Shown: in pieces, positions 7,607-16,148 of the stretch
Position numbering within the stretch: the first letter of the stretch is position 1
Layout of the letters: each line of letters opens with the position of its first letter
DNA from: an uncultured Opitutales bacterium
GTDB lineage: Bacteria; Verrucomicrobiota; Verrucomicrobiia; Opitutales; Intestinicryptomonadaceae
DNA: 32,000 bases
Assembly (NCBI GenBank): GCA_934613415.1
Contig: CAKTSY010000001.1
Location: 420,001-452,000 of the forward strand
Reading direction: 5' to 3'
Program-made: the position numbers and the translations under genes
Notes under the pieces: model-generated
The model's input: only the letters and a program-made list of their open reading frames with translations
Told to the model about the DNA's origin: nothing
Database searches by the model: none

Positions 7607-10600
7607 TTATTTGCGGCGGCGGTATACAACCAAGCCCAACGCCAACAAGCCGAATATTGCGGCATATGTCGAAGGTTCGGGAACTTCCATTGCAAATGCG
7701 TACGAGCTAAAGCCGTCTACTACAATGCTTGCAATTTCGTCGGCATACTCTATTACCGAGTCTATTTTAGTCCATTCGCCGTCTTTGCCCTTGTGCCATG
7801 CCGACAGCTTGCTTATGTCTTCTATCGCGCCTATGTATGCGCTAAACACAACCGAATAATCGTTGCCGTTGTCCGCCAACGAAACTTCGTAGGCTGCAAG
7901 AACTTTGCCATCTATGCCGCTTATGTCGTCTGCAACTTTTACTTCGTTTACAGTTAGCGCGGCTTCGCCCAAATTCGAAACATCGAAATCCAACGCAAGT
8001 TTGCCGTTAAAGTTTACGCTTTGAACATCGTCTTTGCCGCTACCTACCGTGATAGCCGAAGATTTGTATTCTTGGCTTTTGCCTACCGTAAATGTGCCGT
8101 TTTCGAAAATGCCGCCGTATGCCGAAACCGTACCAGTGCCGCTATAGCTTTTCAACGCAACCGAATCGTTGTCGGCAAGCTTGCCGCGCTTTAAAACAAG
8201 CATGCCGTCGTTTTCTATCGAAGTATTGTTGAATTGGTCGGCCGAATTTAACGAAGCCGTTAAGCTTGCCTTTTGCGCTATGTTTATAAGCGTGCCTTCG
8301 CTTGCCTGTTTAAACGAAGCAAATTCTACCGAACCGTTTACGACATTAATTTTGTTGAAGTCGGCAACCCTTATAGTCGACGAATACGATTCTTCGGCAG
8401 TGCCAATATTCAGGTTTTTAGAGCCTTGAATTTCGGTATAGCCCGCAACGCCACCGCCGTAAATTGTGCCTTCTACAACCGCACTGCCCTTTAGGGTAAT
8501 GTTCGTATCGCCCTTTATCAAGCCGCCGCATTTTTGGTTGGTATAACCACCCCAACCCCCGCCGAAAACATCGCCCTTAACAAGAGCAGTTCCGCCTAAA
8601 ACAATGTTTGTAGAGCCCGAAATTGTAGAGTCGGACAAAGAAGAATCGCCGTTGTTTGCACCGCCTGCAGCAATGCCTATAACGTAGTCGCCCGCCTTGT
8701 CGCCGGTTATTGTGCCGCCAAGCATTGTAACGTTAACATTGCCACCTATATTTGCGTTGCTTGCAACACCGTAAACGCCGTCTATTTTGCCGCCGTTTAT
8801 TTTAATGTCTACGTTGCCTGCAACATCGCTAAACATTGCGCCGCTGCCCAAAATCATTGCCATATAACCGTTGTTGACGGTAAGGTCTACAGCTCCCGCC
8901 GAAGATTCCATCATACCCTTTAGGTGTGGAAGCGTTCCCTTTTGGTTGCCGCCGTTACCGCCGTAAACAAGGTTAAGTTTTGTGTTTTCGCCGTCTATTA
9001 TGGTTTTAACCGTGCCTTTTACAACTGCGCTGCCGGCCGATTTTTGGTCTATTCTGCTGGAAGTTAACCCGCCTACAAAACTGCCCGAATTTGTGGCGTT
9101 GTTTAGCGTGTTTACAATGTCGCCTTCAACCGTAAAGTTTGCGCCTTCTTGAACGTAATTGTGCGAACCAATACCCGCAATGTTACCATCAAAATTATGG
9201 GTTATGCTTTTTGCCGAAGCGTTAGAACCTTTGGCAACAACAATTTTATCGAAATCCACAATGTCGCCTGCAGAACCTGTGTAGGCAGAATCTTCGGTAC
9301 CCAAATATAGGGTTTTTTCGCCGTTAATTTCGGGGGTTTTCCCGCTAGATTCCAAACCATTTGCGGTTATTGTGCCCGAAACCGTGGTGCTGCCCGTTAG
9401 CGTTAAATTGGCTTTCCCCTTAATCAAAGAATTGCCTTTGCCTGCAAGGTAAATATCTTCAACGGCAGCGTTGTTAAGCAATATGTTCAAATTGCCATTT
9501 ACTACGCCTTGCGTGTCGGCATTTCCATAGCCGCCATAGATAGCCTTAACAGACCCGCCGTTTACGGTAAGGTTTGCGTTACCTTCTATAAGCGCGGTAT
9601 CCGAACCAACGTAGATTTTGTCAGTTACGTTCGAATTGTTAAGCTCTATAGTAGAGTTGCCTTTCACAACGGTTCTTGTGCCGAAAGCCCCGCGCATTTT
9701 TGTTATTGTAGAATCGTTCGCAACAATCGACGACGAACCGTATATTATATTTTTTGGTCCGTAGTTGTCGCCCGTTGTCTGAACCGAAGTATTTAGCACG
9801 GCGCCGTCTATAGATACGGATATAACATTTTTATTTGCATCTATAACGCTTGCAACCGAGCCGTCGGAATTTAAAACAACGTTATTGCCCCTTATTTCGC
9901 CGCAGGCACCCATACCCCAAAAAGTGGCGTCTTTGCCTATTTGCGCGCTAACAGTACCTTCTATAACCGAGTTGTTCCTACCCGAAAGGTATATGGTTGT
10001 AGAGTCAGATTTTGCATTGTAGTATAGCGAGGCATTTCCCTTTACAACTGAATTGTCGTTGCCGCCCAAAAATATCTGGCCGCCAAAACGCTCGCCAACC
10101 TGCAGGTCCGATTTAATTTCGGCACCGCTAATTTCAAGGTAAGTATTGCCGTTTACAACCGAGTTTTCGGCACCGCCTCCGTAAATGTCGTAGTGGGCAA
10201 ACGAACCTCCTGTAATGTAAACGCCGCTATTGCCCTTAACAATACCGCCGTTGGAAGCACCATAAATATAGCCGTAGCCTGCGGCAAAAGTTCCGCCCGA
10301 TATTCTTACCGCCGAATCGCCCGAAACGGTAGAATTTTCGGCAGAACCGCCGTAAAGCCACATATGGTGGCCATTCCAACCGTTGCCGAAAGTGCCGTCT
10401 TCTACATAAAGAGTAGATCCACCCGAAACGGTCGAGCCCGACTCTTTGCCGCCGTAAAGCTGGCTAGACGAAAACTCGCCTCCTGTTATTCTGGTCGAAA
10501 CAGAAGCTCCGTCTTCATTTAAAGAGCCGTAAATCTCCTTATTCCAACCACCTTCGTTTACTACGTTTTCGGCCATTGCCGCCCCAGCAAAAAGGGCAAA

Positions 10601-10636
10601 AGCCGACATTGCAAACAATGATTTTTTCATCTTCAT
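7607..10636 (-). CDS. PEP-CTERM-anchored beta-helix repeat surface protein (putative adhesin), ~1010 aa
   Basis: The track ORF extends to 10684, but the signal peptide MKMKKSLFAMSAFALFAGAAMA begins at 10636, with a second ATG at 10630. The body has dozens of degenerate ~22-25-aa repeats of the type IYGG(x)NS(x)V(x)GN(x)(x)(x)(x)ISGG, typical of parallel beta-helix passenger-like proteins. The C-terminus VPEPSTYAAIFGLLALGLVVYRRRK is a textbook PEP-CTERM sorting signal: PEP motif, TM helix, basic tail. Confidence 0.85.
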   Translation of the reverse strand: MKMKKSLFAMSAFALFAGAAMAENVVNEGGWNKEIYGSLNEDGASVSTRITGGEFSSSQLYGGKESGSTVSGGSTLYVEDGTFGNGWNGHHMWLYGGSAENSTVSGDSAVRISGGTFAAGYGYIYGASNGGIVKGNSGVYITGGSFAHYDIYGGGAENSVVNGNTYLEISGAEIKSDLQVGERFGGQIFLGGNDNSVVKGNASLYYNAKSDSTTIYLSGRNNSVIEGTVSAQIGKDATFWGMGACGEIRGNNVVLNSDGSVASVIDANKNVISVSIDGAVLNTSVQTTGDNYGPKNIIYGSSSIVANDSTITKMRGAFGTRTVVKGNSTIELNNSNVTDKIYVGSDTALIEGNANLTVNGGSVKAIYGGYGNADTQGVVNGNLNILLNNAAVEDIYLAGKGNSLIKGKANLTLTGSTTVSGTITANGLESSGKTPEINGEKTLYLGTEDSAYTGSAGDIVDFDKIVVAKGSNASAKSITHNFDGNIAGIGSHNYVQEGANFTVEGDIVNTLNNATNSGSFVGGLTSSRIDQKSAGSAVVKGTVKTIIDGENTKLNLVYGGNGGNQKGTLPHLKGMMESSAGAVDLTVNNGYMAMILGSGAMFSDVAGNVDIKINGGKIDGVYGVASNANIGGNVNVTMLGGTITGDKAGDYVIGIAAGGANNGDSSLSDSTISGSTNIVLGGTALVKGDVFGGGWGGYTNQKCGGLIKGDTNITLKGSAVVEGTIYGGGVAGYTEIQGSKNLNIGTAEESYSSTIRVADFNKINVVNGSVEFASFKQASEGTLINIAQKASLTASLNSADQFNNTSIENDGMLVLKRGKLADNDSVALKSYSGTGTVSAYGGIFENGTFTVGKSQEYKSSAITVGSGKDDVQSVNFNGKLALDFDVSNLGEAALTVNEVKVADDISGIDGKVLAAYEVSLADNGNDYSVVFSAYIGAIEDISKLSAWHKGKDGEWTKIDSVIEYADEIASIVVDGFSSYAFAMEVPEPSTYAAIFGLLALGLVVYRRRK

Positions 10637-10669
10637 TTCCTGTATAAAAAATTGGCAATATATATGCGC

Positions 10670-10691
10670 GCTATTTTTGCACAAAAATAGC
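10670..10691. promoter_or_regulatory. Perfect 22-bp palindrome GCTATTTTTG-CA-CAAAAATAGC upstream of the PEP-CTERM gene
   Basis: 10-bp arms at 10670-10679 and 10682-10691. It lies 34 nt upstream of the first candidate ATG (10636). The sequence is certain; an operator or 5' hairpin function is inferred. Confidence 0.5.
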
Positions 10692-10918
10692 TAACTAATT
10701 TTTCGCAAAACGGCTCTATTTCTTACAGGATTCCTCAAAATTCATAAAAAAAACTATGTTTTTTTGCGCGGCATATAAAAAAACGTTCTTATACGCAAAA
10801 TACGGCATACAAAGCTACCCGAAATAGACACTAGCTAACCCTTTTCCAGCTCCCGAAAAAGATGAATTTTATATACCCATATTTGCAAAATTTTGCATTT
10901 TTGCCTAATTACAGGCAC

Positions 10919-10943
10919 AAAAAAAACGGCTTTATAAAAGCCG
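10919..10943 (-). terminator. Rho-independent terminator after tRNA-Leu (end of the rpsB-tsf-tRNA unit)
   Basis: CGGCTTT (10927-10933) pairs with AAAGCCG (10937-10943). An 8-nt A-run on the plus strand (10919-10926) gives a T-run on the minus-strand transcript. Confidence 0.6.
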
Positions 10944-10958
10944 CTTTTTGTTTTGCAG

Positions 10959-11040
10959 TGCTCGAGGCGAGGGTTGAACTCGCACGCCGTGAAGCACAGG
11001 ATCCTAAGTCCTGCGTGTCTGCCAATTCCACCACTCGAGC
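10959..11040 (-). tRNA. tRNA-Leu (anticodon TAG), class II with a long variable arm
   Basis: The reverse complement reads GCTCGAG-TG-GTGG-AATTGGCAG-ACAC-G-CAGGA-CTTAGGA-TCCTG-TGCTTCACGGCGT-GCGAG-TTCAACC-CTCGC-CTCGAGC-A. This is 82 nt and collinear with E. coli tRNA-Leu. No CCA is encoded. Confidence 0.9.
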
Positions 11041-11056
11041 AAAATTGCAAACACTA

Positions 11057-11647
11057 CTAACCTATTTGGTAGCGTGTAAATCTTTTGATTTCAAGCTTTT
11101 CGCCGATAGTTGCGATTTTCTGTGTAAGAACTTCGCCTACGGTGTGCTTGTCGTCCTTAACAAAGGGCTGTTCAAGCAAGCTTACGCTGCAAAGGAATTT
11201 GTCGATTTTGCCAGCGATAATCTTTTCCTTAATGGCTTCGGGTTTTTTGTCTTCAGCCATTTGTGCCAACGCAATTTCGCGTTCTTTGTCTACCAATTCC
11301 TGGGGAACTTGGTCTTTGGAAATGCAAACGGGCGAGAAAGCCGCAATGTGCATGCAAAGGTCTTTAACAAAGGTTTGGAAGTCTGCATTCTTGGCAACAA
11401 AGTCAGATTCGCAGGCAACTTCAATAAGCACGCCTACTTTGTTGTTCGAGTGAACGTATGCGCTAATCAAGCCTTGCGATGCTGTTCTGCCAGCCTTTTT
11501 AGCGGCTGTTGCAACACCCTTAATGCGGAGAATTTCAACCGCCTGTTCGTCGTTGCCGTTGGCTTCTATCAAAGCTTTTTTGCATTCTACTATGCCGGCA
11601 CCCGTGCGGGCTCTTAAGTCGGCAACCATTTTAGATGTAATTTCCAT
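11057..11647 (-). CDS. tsf: Translation elongation factor Ts (short, 196-aa form)
   Basis: MEITSKMVADLRARTGAGIVECKKALIEANGNDEQAVEILRIKG is the UBA-like N-domain, followed by GVLIEVACESDFVAKNADFQTFVKDL. It sits directly downstream of rpsB, the conserved operon arrangement. Confidence 0.95.
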   Translation of the reverse strand: MEITSKMVADLRARTGAGIVECKKALIEANGNDEQAVEILRIKGVATAAKKAGRTASQGLISAYVHSNNKVGVLIEVACESDFVAKNADFQTFVKDLCMHIAAFSPVCISKDQVPQELVDKEREIALAQMAEDKKPEAIKEKIIAGKIDKFLCSVSLLEQPFVKDDKHTVGEVLTQKIATIGEKLEIKRFTRYQIG

Positions 11648-11671
11648 TATGCAAATCTTTCTATTAGTTGA

Positions 11672-12487
11672 TTATTTGCCTTCTTTTATCGCATCGACAT
11701 TGATGTCGGAAGCTATGTTAACTTCGGGCTGGGGCTTGGGTTCTGCCTTCGACCTTCTGCCGCGAACAGCCTTTGCGGGAGTTGCGGGAGCTTTAACTTC
11801 TACAACGCGTCTTGCCAAACCGGCCTGTACGGCTTCGGCGATAACGTCGGCAATAAGCCTTATGCTCTTTACAGCGTCGTCGTTGCCGGGAATGGGCAAG
11901 TCTACCAAAGTCGGGTCGGAATTTGTGTCTACTAAAGCTACAACGGGTATACCCAATTTTCTGAATTCAGCAACTGCAATTTCTTCGTTGTTGATGTCTA
12001 CAACAAAAGCTACGCCGGGAAGAGCCGAAATGTCTTTAATACCTTCGAAGTTTCTGTTCATACGGGTCATTTGACGGCGTATTGCAGCGGCTTCTTTTGC
12101 ATAGAGCTTGTCGAGTTCGCCGCTCGATTCCATATCGAGGAACTTCTTGTATTTTTTAAGGCTGGTCAATATTGTGGCAAAGTTTGTAAGAGTGCCGCCC
12201 AACCAACGATTTACACAGAAAGGCATATTGCAACCCTGAGCCACTTCGCGAAGAATGTCTTGAGCCTGACGCTTTGTGCCTACAAACATAATGTCTTTAT
12301 TTTCGGCAACGATATCTTCTATGAACTTTGCGGCTTTTGTGAGCTGTTCGAGAGTCTTTTCAAGATTGATGATGGATACGCCCGAACGGTGGTCGTATAC
12401 ATAGGGCTTGGAACGGGGGTTCCAGCGGCGTACTTGGTGTCCGAAATGGACGCCTGCGTCCATCAAGTCTTTTACTGTGATATTCAT
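11672..12487 (-). CDS. rpsB: 30S ribosomal protein S2
   Basis: 271 aa. MNITVKDLMDAGVHFGHQVRRWNPRSKPYVY...GTKRQAQD...RWLGGTLTNF... has full-length S2 similarity. A GGAG Shine-Dalgarno lies about 9 nt upstream of the ATG. Confidence 0.97.
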   Translation of the reverse strand: MNITVKDLMDAGVHFGHQVRRWNPRSKPYVYDHRSGVSIINLEKTLEQLTKAAKFIEDIVAENKDIMFVGTKRQAQDILREVAQGCNMPFCVNRWLGGTLTNFATILTSLKKYKKFLDMESSGELDKLYAKEAAAIRRQMTRMNRNFEGIKDISALPGVAFVVDINNEEIAVAEFRKLGIPVVALVDTNSDPTLVDLPIPGNDDAVKSIRLIADVIAEAVQAGLARRVVEVKAPATPAKAVRGRRSKAEPKPQPEVNIASDINVDAIKEGK

Positions 12488-12660
12488 ATTGTTTGCTCCG
12501 TATTCGCACTGGGCGAACCTGGGATAATCTTTCTATTTTTAGTGTTTAGTTGTTGTGTTAAAAACAAGGCGGCACTATGCCGAATTGTTTAAAAAGTTTT
12601 TATGAAATATTTTTGCGCGGCTCTTGGCAAGCATTTTTTGCCGATTTATTCTTATTTTTA

Positions 12661-13908
12661 TCAATCGCGCTCTTTTAGGGTTAACTTTGGGAATATATAA
12701 TAGCTAAATAGCGCAAATATGGCGCAAAAAACCATTCCGCCAAAAGCCCCTATATAGGCGCAAATAAAGCCGCTTAAAGCAAGCCCCAAGCCTTGCGCCA
12801 AACCCCAAAGCGAGCTTGCAACACTAAGCATCCACCCCCTGCGCTGCGCACTTACCAAACCCGAATATATGTCTATGCAAGACAAATAAAAAAGCGAAAT
12901 ACCCGCAAAGTTAAACGCCATAAAAACATAGGGCAACGCCCCCATACGCAAAACAAGCATTGCAAAAGTAGCCACCCCTATAAGCACAGCCGAATATTTT
13001 GCCACGTTTTGCGCGCCGAATTTGCCTATAAGCTTTGGGGCAAAAAGCCCGTAGGTAAAGAAAGAGGCTACCCCGCCTACCGAAAAGAAAAGTGAAATTT
13101 CGCGCATATTAAAGCCCAAAGATTTTTCAACCCAAACCGCAGAACTTGCCATATAGCAGCCGAAAGCGGCATTTACTATTATAAACGGAATGCTAAGCTT
13201 GCGCAAATCAACCTCGCGCCAGCTGCTTTTTAGGTCTTTTATTCCCGCAAGCCAATCAAGCTTTGTTTTTTTGTTTGCAAGCGCGTTTTTCGACCTTTTC
13301 GGCAAAAAGTAAATTACGGGAATAAGTATTATAATAAATACCGCAGCCAGCACATAAAAAGGCACGCTCCAGCTTAAAGGCTCGGTAGAATGCGGGTCTA
13401 TCAACGCAGCCGCAAACATTGGGCCAACAAAAAGCCCTATGCTCATTGCAAACAGTGTATACGAAAGGTATTTTGCCCTTTTTTCGGCGGGGCAGTTATC
13501 TAGCAAATATGCCTGAATTACGCCGTCTACCCCAGTTGTAAGCCCTGCAACGGCTCTGCCGGCAAAAAATGGCAAAAAAAGCATATATTGCATTGCCAAG
13601 CCCTGCAAAATATACGACAAAAACGCGCCTGCAACCGCCGCAATTATAAGCGGTTTTCTTGCATAGTTGTCTGAAAGCGAGCCTATTATAGGTGCCGCAA
13701 AAAACAAACATACGGGAAACACCCCCAATGCCGCGCCATATGCCAAATTGTGCAATTGCTTAGAGGCGTTTGCCAGCATATCCAGCTTATCGCAAACGGG
13801 CTCCGCCAAAGTGGGGGCAAGTATTGGCAAAATTATGCTTTCGCCCGCAAGAAAAAAGAACAGCAGCGCGCACAAAAGCAAAATGTCTCTCTTTTCCGAA
13901 AAATTCAT
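12661..13908 (-). CDS. MFS transporter
   Basis: 415 aa with about 12 predicted hydrophobic helices. The loop motif GSLSDNYARKPLI matches MFS signature A (G-x-x-x-D-x-x-G/R-R-K). Confidence 0.85.
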   Translation of the reverse strand: MNFSEKRDILLLCALLFFFLAGESIILPILAPTLAEPVCDKLDMLANASKQLHNLAYGAALGVFPVCLFFAAPIIGSLSDNYARKPLIIAAVAGAFLSYILQGLAMQYMLFLPFFAGRAVAGLTTGVDGVIQAYLLDNCPAEKRAKYLSYTLFAMSIGLFVGPMFAAALIDPHSTEPLSWSVPFYVLAAVFIIILIPVIYFLPKRSKNALANKKTKLDWLAGIKDLKSSWREVDLRKLSIPFIIVNAAFGCYMASSAVWVEKSLGFNMREISLFFSVGGVASFFTYGLFAPKLIGKFGAQNVAKYSAVLIGVATFAMLVLRMGALPYVFMAFNFAGISLFYLSCIDIYSGLVSAQRRGWMLSVASSLWGLAQGLGLALSGFICAYIGAFGGMVFCAIFALFSYYIFPKLTLKERD

Positions 13909-13922
13909 AAAAAGCCCTTCTA

Positions 13923-13952
13923 TAAAAAAACAAGGCGGTCGAAAAAACCGCC
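13923..13952 (-). terminator. Candidate terminator after the AsmA-like gene
   Basis: GGCGGT (13934-13939) pairs with ACCGCC (13947-13952). The plus-strand A-run at 13924-13930 gives a T-run 3 nt after the stem on the minus-strand transcript. Confidence 0.45.
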
Positions 13953-13980
13953 CCGTTAAAAATCGGTTTTAGCCTAAAAA

Positions 13981-14775
13981 TTACAAGCCTTGAAAGATTG
14001 ATTTGCCCAACTTTTTTATTGCGTCTTCGGTTGTTGAGCCCGCATCGGAGCCACCCTGTATAAGCGCGTTCGAGCCGTCTTTTAGCGCGGTGCTAACTGC
14101 CCTTTCGGTAAGAACGCCAAATATTCTTATTGCGGCTTCGGTTATCGTTATGCCCTCGCCGCTTTTGCCTACGTTTTGCATTTCAAAATCGGGAATTTTT
14201 ACCGTTATGTTCGAATTGCCAACCGAGCCCGAGATTTGCCCGTTTTTAAACACAATCTTTTTAATTGCAACCTTGTAGGGCGTTTCGTTTGCCGATTTAT
14301 TTTCGGCAACAGCCTGTTGCTGTTGGCTTGTGTGGCTTTTAAGCCTGTTTATTATATTGTTAAAATTCGAGTTGTTTTTTGCAATCCCCATTATGCCACC
14401 CGCATATTCAAGCGACATACTAAAGCCGTCTACCTTAATTTCGTCTATTTCTATCAGCTTTTTGTTTAAAACATCGCCAAGCGACAAATCTAAATCAATA
14501 AACGCGTCTTTTAAAACAAGGGCTTTTACTTTTTGCGAAAAGCCTTCGGGGTTGCTCATAACAAAGCCGTTAACCTGCACCGACTGCTCTTTTATGCTAT
14601 ACGAAACCGAGCCGAGCTCCATGTCTACCCCTATCACCTTGCCGGCATATTTAACCGCAGGCGACGCCAAGTAAGACCCCGCAAAATATGCCGCAACCGC
14701 CAAAACTATAACGGCAAACACCGCCATTTTTATAAGACTAAAAAGACAACCGCCCTTCCTGCTAAAATTTTTCAT
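13981..14775 (-). CDS. Hypothetical single-pass membrane protein, AsmA-like N-terminal organisation
   Basis: The track ORF starts at 14847. I prefer the ATG at 14775 (MKNFSRKGGCLFSLIKMAVFAVIVLAVAAYFAG = short cytoplasmic stub plus TM helix). The remainder is beta-rich (VDMELGSVSYSIKEQSVQVNGFVMSNPEGF...). The resemblance to AsmA/DUF748-type N-termini is by eye only. Confidence 0.6.
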   Translation of the reverse strand: MKNFSRKGGCLFSLIKMAVFAVIVLAVAAYFAGSYLASPAVKYAGKVIGVDMELGSVSYSIKEQSVQVNGFVMSNPEGFSQKVKALVLKDAFIDLDLSLGDVLNKKLIEIDEIKVDGFSMSLEYAGGIMGIAKNNSNFNNIINRLKSHTSQQQQAVAENKSANETPYKVAIKKIVFKNGQISGSVGNSNITVKIPDFEMQNVGKSGEGITITEAAIRIFGVLTERAVSTALKDGSNALIQGGSDAGSTTEDAIKKLGKSIFQGL

Positions 14776-14868
14776 AATACATCTGCCTTTCAAAATCGGA
14801 TTTTTATATTTTGTGTTAATTCTTTTAAAAACCGTCAAACATTTCAAGAACTTTATTTATATGTTGGC

Positions 14869-14896
14869 TTGCAAATTTCCATATTTGTGAAATTAT
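14869..14896 (+). promoter_or_regulatory. Candidate extended -10 promoter for the DUF1015 gene: TTGCAA-N16-(TGa)AATTAT
   Basis: TTGCAA at 14869-14874, TG at 14888-14889, AATTAT at 14891-14896. The ATG at 14904 is 7 nt past the -10 element, so the mRNA would be leaderless. Pattern match only. Confidence 0.3.
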
Positions 14897-14903
14897 TTAC
14901 GGA

Positions 14904-16130
14904 ATGAAAATTAAAGCATTTAAAGCCCTAATTCCGTCAGACAATAAATTTAAAGACATCGCCTCGTTGCCGTACGATGTTGTAAACCACGAGCAGGCAG
15001 TTAAAGAAGCCGAAGGCAAACCCCTTAGCTTTATGAGGGTTGTGCGCTCGGAAATAGAACTGCCCGAATCGACAGACCCCTATTCTCCCGAAGTTTACAA
15101 ACACGCAAAGGAAAATTTCGACAAGCTTGTTAAAAACGGCGACTTAGTACGCGAAAAGAAACCGGCAATGTACCTATACCGCCAAGTTATGGGCGACCAC
15201 GCACAGACCGGTTTGGTTGCAACTTTTAGCGCGCAAGACTACGACGAAAACGTAATTAAAAAGCACGAAAAAACAAGGGCGGCAAAAGAAAACGACCGCT
15301 ACACTTTAACAAAAACCCTTAGGGTAAACACAGGCCCCGTATTTTTAACAGTAAAAGACGGCTCGTTGCTAGACAAGATTGTAGAAGACAAAAAAGACGA
15401 AGACGCACTTTTCGACTTTGTTGCCGACGACGGCATTCGCCACACAGGCTGGAGGATAGACGACGAAGAAACCCTTAAAAAGATAGGCGAAACATTTGCA
15501 AATATCCCCTGCGCGTACGTTGCCGACGGCCACCACCGCAGCGCAAGCAACGCACGCTGCGCGCGCGACCTTAAGGCCGAAAACCCCAACCACACGGGCG
15601 ACGAAGACTACAACTGGTTTTTGGCGGTTGTGTTCCCCGCAGGACAACTTAAAATTTTGCCCTATAACAGAGTTGTAAAAGACTTGGCAGGCAACACCGA
15701 AAGCGAATTTTTGGCAAAGGTGCAAAAAGTTTGCCAAGTAGAGCAAAACGGCAAAAAAAGCCCCACAAAGCCACTTGAAATTTGCATGTACTTAAACAAG
15801 CTTTGGTACACATTAACCTTTGAAAAAGATGCCTCGCTAGACGCTGTAAAATCGCTAGACGTTTCGGTTTTGCAAGACAACGTTCTTAGCCCAATTCTTA
15901 ATATTGGAGACCCTCGCACCGACGAAAGAATAGACTTTGTAGGCGGCATAAAGGGCACAAAAGAGCTTGAAAACATTGTAGATTCGGGCAAGGCAAAGGT
16001 GGCGTTTTCGATGTATCCGGTAACAACCGACCAGCTTATGGACATTGCCGACGCAGGCCAGATTATGCCCCCCAAAAGCACTTGGTTTGAACCCAAGCTT
16101 AGGTCGGGGCTTTTCATTCACTCGTTTTAA
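14904..16130 (+). CDS. DUF1015 family protein (conserved, function unknown)
   Basis: 408 aa. MKIKAFKALIPSDNKFKDIASLPYDVV..., ...YLYRQ..., and the invariant-looking YVADGHHRSAS block are characteristic of DUF1015. Confidence 0.88.
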   Translation: MKIKAFKALIPSDNKFKDIASLPYDVVNHEQAVKEAEGKPLSFMRVVRSEIELPESTDPYSPEVYKHAKENFDKLVKNGDLVREKKPAMYLYRQVMGDHAQTGLVATFSAQDYDENVIKKHEKTRAAKENDRYTLTKTLRVNTGPVFLTVKDGSLLDKIVEDKKDEDALFDFVADDGIRHTGWRIDDEETLKKIGETFANIPCAYVADGHHRSASNARCARDLKAENPNHTGDEDYNWFLAVVFPAGQLKILPYNRVVKDLAGNTESEFLAKVQKVCQVEQNGKKSPTKPLEICMYLNKLWYTLTFEKDASLDAVKSLDVSVLQDNVLSPILNIGDPRTDERIDFVGGIKGTKELENIVDSGKAKVAFSMYPVTTDQLMDIADAGQIMPPKSTWFEPKLRSGLFIHSF

Positions 16131-16148
16131 TTAGCGCACAAAACAACA

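Noticed and set aside
10637-10684. N-terminal extensions proposed by the ORF track (here MCKNSAHIYCQFFIQE; also 19320-19418, 14776-14847, 19516-19554, 27901-27933, 31176-31187)
   Set aside because: In each case the family-conserved sequence or signal peptide begins at a downstream ATG. The extension often starts at a non-ATG codon or runs through promoter or palindrome DNA. I moved the starts downstream accordingly, with moderate confidence.
7337-10958. Possibility that the tRNA-Lys to tRNA-Leu interval is an integrated genomic island
   Set aside because: I found no direct repeat of either tRNA 3' end and no integrase or mobility gene. By eye, the composition of the PEP-CTERM gene is not atypical. 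I kept it only as a variable-locus hypothesis in the findings.
10862-12074. Long plus-strand ORFs (10862-11617, 251 aa; 11085-11453; 11523-12074, 183 aa)
   Set aside because: They run antisense across tRNA-Leu, tsf and rpsB, which are unambiguous. Long antisense frames are expected opposite highly expressed genes with GC3-rich codon usage. The products are Ala/Ser/Phe-rich with no motifs.
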